Source of the DNA: Nitrospirota bacterium
Lineage (GTDB): Bacteria; Nitrospirota; Thermodesulfovibrionia; Thermodesulfovibrionales; Dissulfurispiraceae
Length of the DNA: 64,000 nt
Assembly: GCA_040754455.1 (NCBI GenBank)
Contig: JBFMCP010000011.1
Span: 1-64,000, forward strand
Reading direction: 5' to 3'
Both the position numbers and the translations under genes were made by a program. Below are positions 60,661 to 64,000 of this stretch, piece after piece. The notes beneath the pieces are model-generated. The model saw only the letters and a program-made list of their open reading frames with translations. It made no database searches and had not been told where the DNA came from. The stretch's first letter is position 1. Every line of letters starts with the position of its first letter.

Positions 60661-63000
60661 CTACGATAAATAGGCCACCTCGGGAAGCAGATAGGAGACA
60701 ACATCCCTGTAGGATATGACTCCTACGACCTTCTCATCTTCGGTTACCGGAAGGTGCCTGATCTTTTTATCCGACATGAGCGTAACGGCAATGCCGAGAT
60801 CGGAAGAGGCATCGAGCGTTACCGGCGTAGGCGTCATGACATTCCTCATTACCTCGCTGTTCAACTGAACGCCTTTGACCAGGCAATGCATGATGTCCCG
60901 CTCGGTGAATATGCCGATTAGTTCTCCTTCCGCATCAGCGACGAGCAGCGAGCCGATATTCTTGCCGTCCATGATAGTCACGGCGTCCGCGACAATGCAG
61001 TCGGGGCTGCAGGTCTCCACGATCATCGGCTTTGACTGTACCACATCCTTCAGCGTCATTCGTGTGCTCCGCTCAAGCACCTCGATTCTCTCCGAGGGAA
61101 TCCCGAACTGCTCCTGCAGCTTCACCAGGCTCTGTTTTCTTACTTTTACCGCCTCCACCGGGCAGGCCTCGTAGCATGCCCTGCACTTGACGCAGTCGTC
61201 CCGATCGATGAAGTATTTATCTCTCGTTTCTTTTACCGCACCAAAGGCGCATGCCTCCTTGCAGAGCCCACACCGTATGCATTCCGTCTGGTTAATAATG
61301 TATACGCCCATCCCCGAGCATACCTTTGCGCGGCAGTAGTGGTCGTACACATGCTCCTCGACCTCCTCTCTGAAGTACTTGATGACCGAGAGTATGGGAT
61401 TGGGAGCGCTCTTGCCGAGGCCGCACAGGGAGCCTCTCTGTATGTTCTTACCGAGCTGTATGAGCTTCTCGATATCGCCGGGCTTTCCTTTTCCTGTAGT
61501 AATATTCTCCAGGATCTGAAGCATCTGGTACGTGCCGATCCTGCAGGTCGGGCACTTGCCGCATGACTCCGACTGGGTAAAAGAAAGGAAGTACTTTGCC
61601 ACGTCCACCATGCAGGTGTCTTCGTCCATAACGACCATTCCGCCCGAGCCCATCATTGACCCGACCTTTATAAGAGAATCGAAATCGACGGGCATGTCGA
61701 GATGGCTCGCGGGGATACATCCTCCGGAAGGGCCGCCCGTCTGAACGGCCTTGAATGCTTTGCCGCCGAGGGTCCCTCCTCCTATGTCAAAGATGATTTC
61801 TCGTAGCGTCGTCCCCATCGGGACTTCGATAAGCCCTGTGTTCTTTACCTTGCCGGTGAGTGCAAAGACCTTCGTTCCCGGAGCGCTCTCGGTACCGATG
61901 CTCCTGAACCATTCGGCGCCCTTTTCAATAATGGGGGGCACACAGGCAAAGGTCTCAATGTTATTCATATTGCTCGGATAGCCCCAGACTCCTCCTCCCA
62001 CCTCGGAAGGAAGCGGCGGCCTCGTCCTCGGAAATCCTCTTTCACCCTCAAGAGATGCCACCAGCGCGGATGCTTCACCGCAGACAAAAGCTCCGGCGCC
62101 TTCACGTATCTTGAGGAGGAAGTTGAAACCGGTCCCAAGGATATTATTTCCAAGCAGGCCGATATCTTCCGCCTGCTTTATGGCATGCCTGAGGTTCTTC
62201 ACTGCAAGAGGATACTCATGCCGCACATAGATGAAGCCGTACTGTGCTCCGATCGCATAGGCGCAGAGAAGCATGCCCTCAAAGAGACTGTGAGGATCGC
62301 CTTCCATGATCGACCGATCCATGAACGCACCGGGATCGCCCTCATCCCCGTTCGCAATAACGAATTTCACGGGACTGTTGGAGCTCCTGGTATGCCGCCA
62401 CTTCTGGCCCGCGGGAAAGCCGGCCCCGCCTCTTCCTCTGAGGTGCGCCCGATCAACCTCCTGCAGCACCTCATCCGGCGTCATTGAAGAGAGCGCCTTC
62501 TCGAGTGCGGCATATCCACCCACGGCAATATAGTGGTAGATATTTTGCGGATCGATCTTATCGTTATTTCTCAGCGCAATCCTCAGCTGTTTTTTGTAGA
62601 AGGGGATCGATTCCATTTCCGGAATAGGCTCGCTCATGATGTCCTCTCGATACAGCGCCTGCCTGAAATAGTTTCCCTTTCCGGATAAAGAGTTAATAAG
62701 GGGTTCCGCATGCTCCGGTTTTACCTTTTGATAAAACGTATTCTGTGGGTCAATCCGCATGACAGGCCCCTTTTGGCACATCCCCTGGCACCCTGTTTTT
62801 ATGATCTCCGGGGCAAGGCCTTTCTTCCGGCCCTCTTCCTTGAGGGCAGCGACGACGTTATGCGAGCCCATAGCTGCACAGGCCGTACCGCAGCAGACAT
62901 GTATTCTCTCCCGGTCTTTCTGAAAAATTTCTCCAGAAAGCCTTTCTCTAAGCTTTTTCAGATCATCAATACTCGCCAGCCTCTTCGTTAACATCTCCAT
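60661..63000 (-). CDS. NuoF/HydB-like NADH-binding FMN/Fe-S protein with C-terminal 2x[4Fe-4S] and a CBS pair
   Basis: Thioredoxin-like 2Fe-2S (CCGTAC..GCQGMC), LRGRGGAGFP, NGDEGDPGAFMDR, GAGAFVCGE, ESCGKC.TCR.G, CIRCGLC..AC, CVKCRAC..AC, then CBS (IGSLLV..GIFTERD; IRHLPV..GVIS.RD). Confidence 0.92.
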   Translation of the reverse strand: MEMLTKRLASIDDLKKLRERLSGEIFQKDRERIHVCCGTACAAMGSHNVVAALKEEGRKKGLAPEIIKTGCQGMCQKGPVMRIDPQNTFYQKVKPEHAEPLINSLSGKGNYFRQALYREDIMSEPIPEMESIPFYKKQLRIALRNNDKIDPQNIYHYIAVGGYAALEKALSSMTPDEVLQEVDRAHLRGRGGAGFPAGQKWRHTRSSNSPVKFVIANGDEGDPGAFMDRSIMEGDPHSLFEGMLLCAYAIGAQYGFIYVRHEYPLAVKNLRHAIKQAEDIGLLGNNILGTGFNFLLKIREGAGAFVCGEASALVASLEGERGFPRTRPPLPSEVGGGVWGYPSNMNNIETFACVPPIIEKGAEWFRSIGTESAPGTKVFALTGKVKNTGLIEVPMGTTLREIIFDIGGGTLGGKAFKAVQTGGPSGGCIPASHLDMPVDFDSLIKVGSMMGSGGMVVMDEDTCMVDVAKYFLSFTQSESCGKCPTCRIGTYQMLQILENITTGKGKPGDIEKLIQLGKNIQRGSLCGLGKSAPNPILSVIKYFREEVEEHVYDHYCRAKVCSGMGVYIINQTECIRCGLCKEACAFGAVKETRDKYFIDRDDCVKCRACYEACPVEAVKVRKQSLVKLQEQFGIPSERIEVLERSTRMTLKDVVQSKPMIVETCSPDCIVADAVTIMDGKNIGSLLVADAEGELIGIFTERDIMHCLVKGVQLNSEVMRNVMTPTPVTLDASSDLGIAVTLMSDKKIRHLPVTEDEKVVGVISYRDVVSYLLPEVAYLS

Positions 63001-63099
63001 AGCTACCTCCCACATAATGTATTTCGCTCGTCTTCTCATGGGATGGATGAGGTCTCTTGCCTTCCCTTTGATAAAGCCTCTCTCTCCATCTCTCTATAT

Positions 63100-63202
63100 A
63101 AAAAGACCTTTACCATTTGAAACTAAGAAGTAGGAAGTGAGAAGTTAGATTTTACGCTTACTTCCCAGTCCTTGCTTCTTACTTTTCAGGCGGTAAAGGT
63201 CT
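63100..63202 (-). terminator. Riboswitch expression-platform terminator with a repeat-filled loop
   Basis: 11-bp stem, 63104-63114 with 63192-63202, plus a U-tract; loop contains AAGAAGT/AGGAAGT/GAGAAGT heptamers and their complements. Confidence 0.78.
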
Positions 63203-63289
63203 CGCTTCTTAGATTGCCCTAACCAGCGGTACCGGGTCGAATGTACGACCGTAGTGACGATAGCCGCTGCTACAGCTACTCCCCTTTAC
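63193..63289 (-). ncRNA. yybP-ykoY (Mn2+-class) riboswitch, copy 2
   Basis: Same architecture as copy 1, with 5 substitutions in 97 nt by manual alignment (L3 GUCACUAC vs GUCAAUAC). Confidence 0.9.
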
Positions 63290-63526
63290 AAACGCACAAA
63301 CAGCAGACCAATATTCCTCTGCAGCAGTACTTTTACAAGCAACGCGATTATTGCTGGTGCATCCTGACCGGGGCCTTATGCATCGCAGGGCTTACAGCAT
63401 ATGCTGCAGAAGGTTGCTGCTTAGTTCTACAGTACACGAATTCTTAAAGCGTTTTCCCTGACCTTATCACGTCATAATAAATCCTCATAGAGATTAAAAA
63501 CGTTCTACTTATGGTATTCTAGAAAT

Positions 63527-64000
63527 GTGGATATAAAGCTGAAACTGTTTTGCACTGTTGCCGAAACGAAGAGTTTCTCAAAGGCCTCCCGGATCGTTCA
63601 TCTCACCCAGCCTGCCGTGAGCCTGCAGATCCAATCGCTTGAGGAATTTTTCGAGACGAAACTCTTCGACCGATCAGAGGGAATGGTAAGCCTTACCCCT
63701 GCGGGGAAAATACTGTATAAGCACGCAAAACACCTGCTCGAACATTATGCTGAAATCGAGAAAGAGATCGGAACGCTCACCGGCATGATAAAAGGGGGTG
63801 TCGCGGTAGGCGCGAGCACCACGCTGGGGAACCATGTACTGCCCCGCGTCATCATTGATTTCAAGAAGAAACACCCCAAGATCAAATTCAGCATGCTCGT
63901 AGGCAACACAAAGCGCATTGAGGATCTCCTAATATCAGGGCTCATTGATATCGGTCTGGTTGAGGGCGAAACATCCAGGCCCACCTTGCGTATAGAGCCG
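63527..64000 (+). CDS. LysR-family transcriptional regulator (3' truncated by the window; absent from the ORF track)
   Basis: Manual translation from GTG 63527: MDIKLKLFCTVAETKSFSKASRIVHLTQPAVSLQIQSLEEFFETKLFDR...LTPAG...GASTTLGNHVLP. Confidence 0.92.
   Translation, partial: MDIKLKLFCTVAETKSFSKASRIVHLTQPAVSLQIQSLEEFFETKLFDRSEGMVSLTPAGKILYKHAKHLLEHYAEIEKEIGTLTGMIKGGVAVGASTTLGNHVLPRVIIDFKKKHPKIKFSMLVGNTKRIEDLLISGLIDIGLVEGETSRPTLRIEP

Noticed and set aside
60504..60719. Plus-strand ORF MYDRIDDSRCYSYSP and its twin MYDRSDDSRCYSYSP at 63241-63447, which look like a duplicated peptide gene
   Set aside because: The shared sequence is the antisense of the two riboswitch aptamers, and similarity stops exactly at the aptamer boundary.
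60345..63289. Direct repeats of about 100 bp flanking the NuoF-like gene, as possible mobile-element ends or att sites
   Set aside because: They have riboswitch and terminator structure, and there is no integrase or transposase nearby.
1..64000. CRISPR arrays, tRNA/rRNA genes, prophage genes and selenocysteine read-through
   Set aside because: I saw no regularly spaced 25-45 nt repeats, cloverleaf or rRNA signatures, phage genes, or in-frame TGA at catalytic positions. Manual reading could miss weak cases.

Overview
Core-chromosome window of a moderately GC-rich bacterium. Gene content and protein style suggest Nitrospirota/Thermodesulfovibrionia or a Desulfobacterota-like anaerobe (inference only). 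It opens with the right end of an IS element and a cold-shock gene. Next come a multi-PAS hybrid kinase, a cell-wall glycan operon (deacetylase, DUF4015-like hydrolase, serine hydrolase-NamZ fusion), a BrnTA toxin-antitoxin pair and a sigma54-preceded operon encoding an alternative sigma70. Housekeeping genes follow: fsa, larE, rng, a radical SAM gene, pilMNOPQ, aspS, rluB, surA, argH and an EF-G paralogue. An aspartate-pathway operon (alaC-hom ... apgM-lysC-cimA) contains a ubiquitin-like sulfur-relay module (TusA, MoeB/E1, JAMM, ThrC-like, MoaD/CysO, NIL). The most unusual region is the right end. Two near-identical yybP-ykoY (Mn2+-class) riboswitches sit upstream of an orphan NuoF/HydB-like flavoprotein fused to CBS domains, and upstream of a beta-carbonic anhydrase, archaeal-type PEP carboxylase, PGPGW, two zf-TFIIB and P-type ATPase operon, opposite a LysR gene. 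Degenerate 7/8-mer tandem repeats, mostly arranged as inverted arms, occur across the window, including inside two proteins and inside both riboswitch terminators. All calls come from reading sequence and motifs; no database searches were run.
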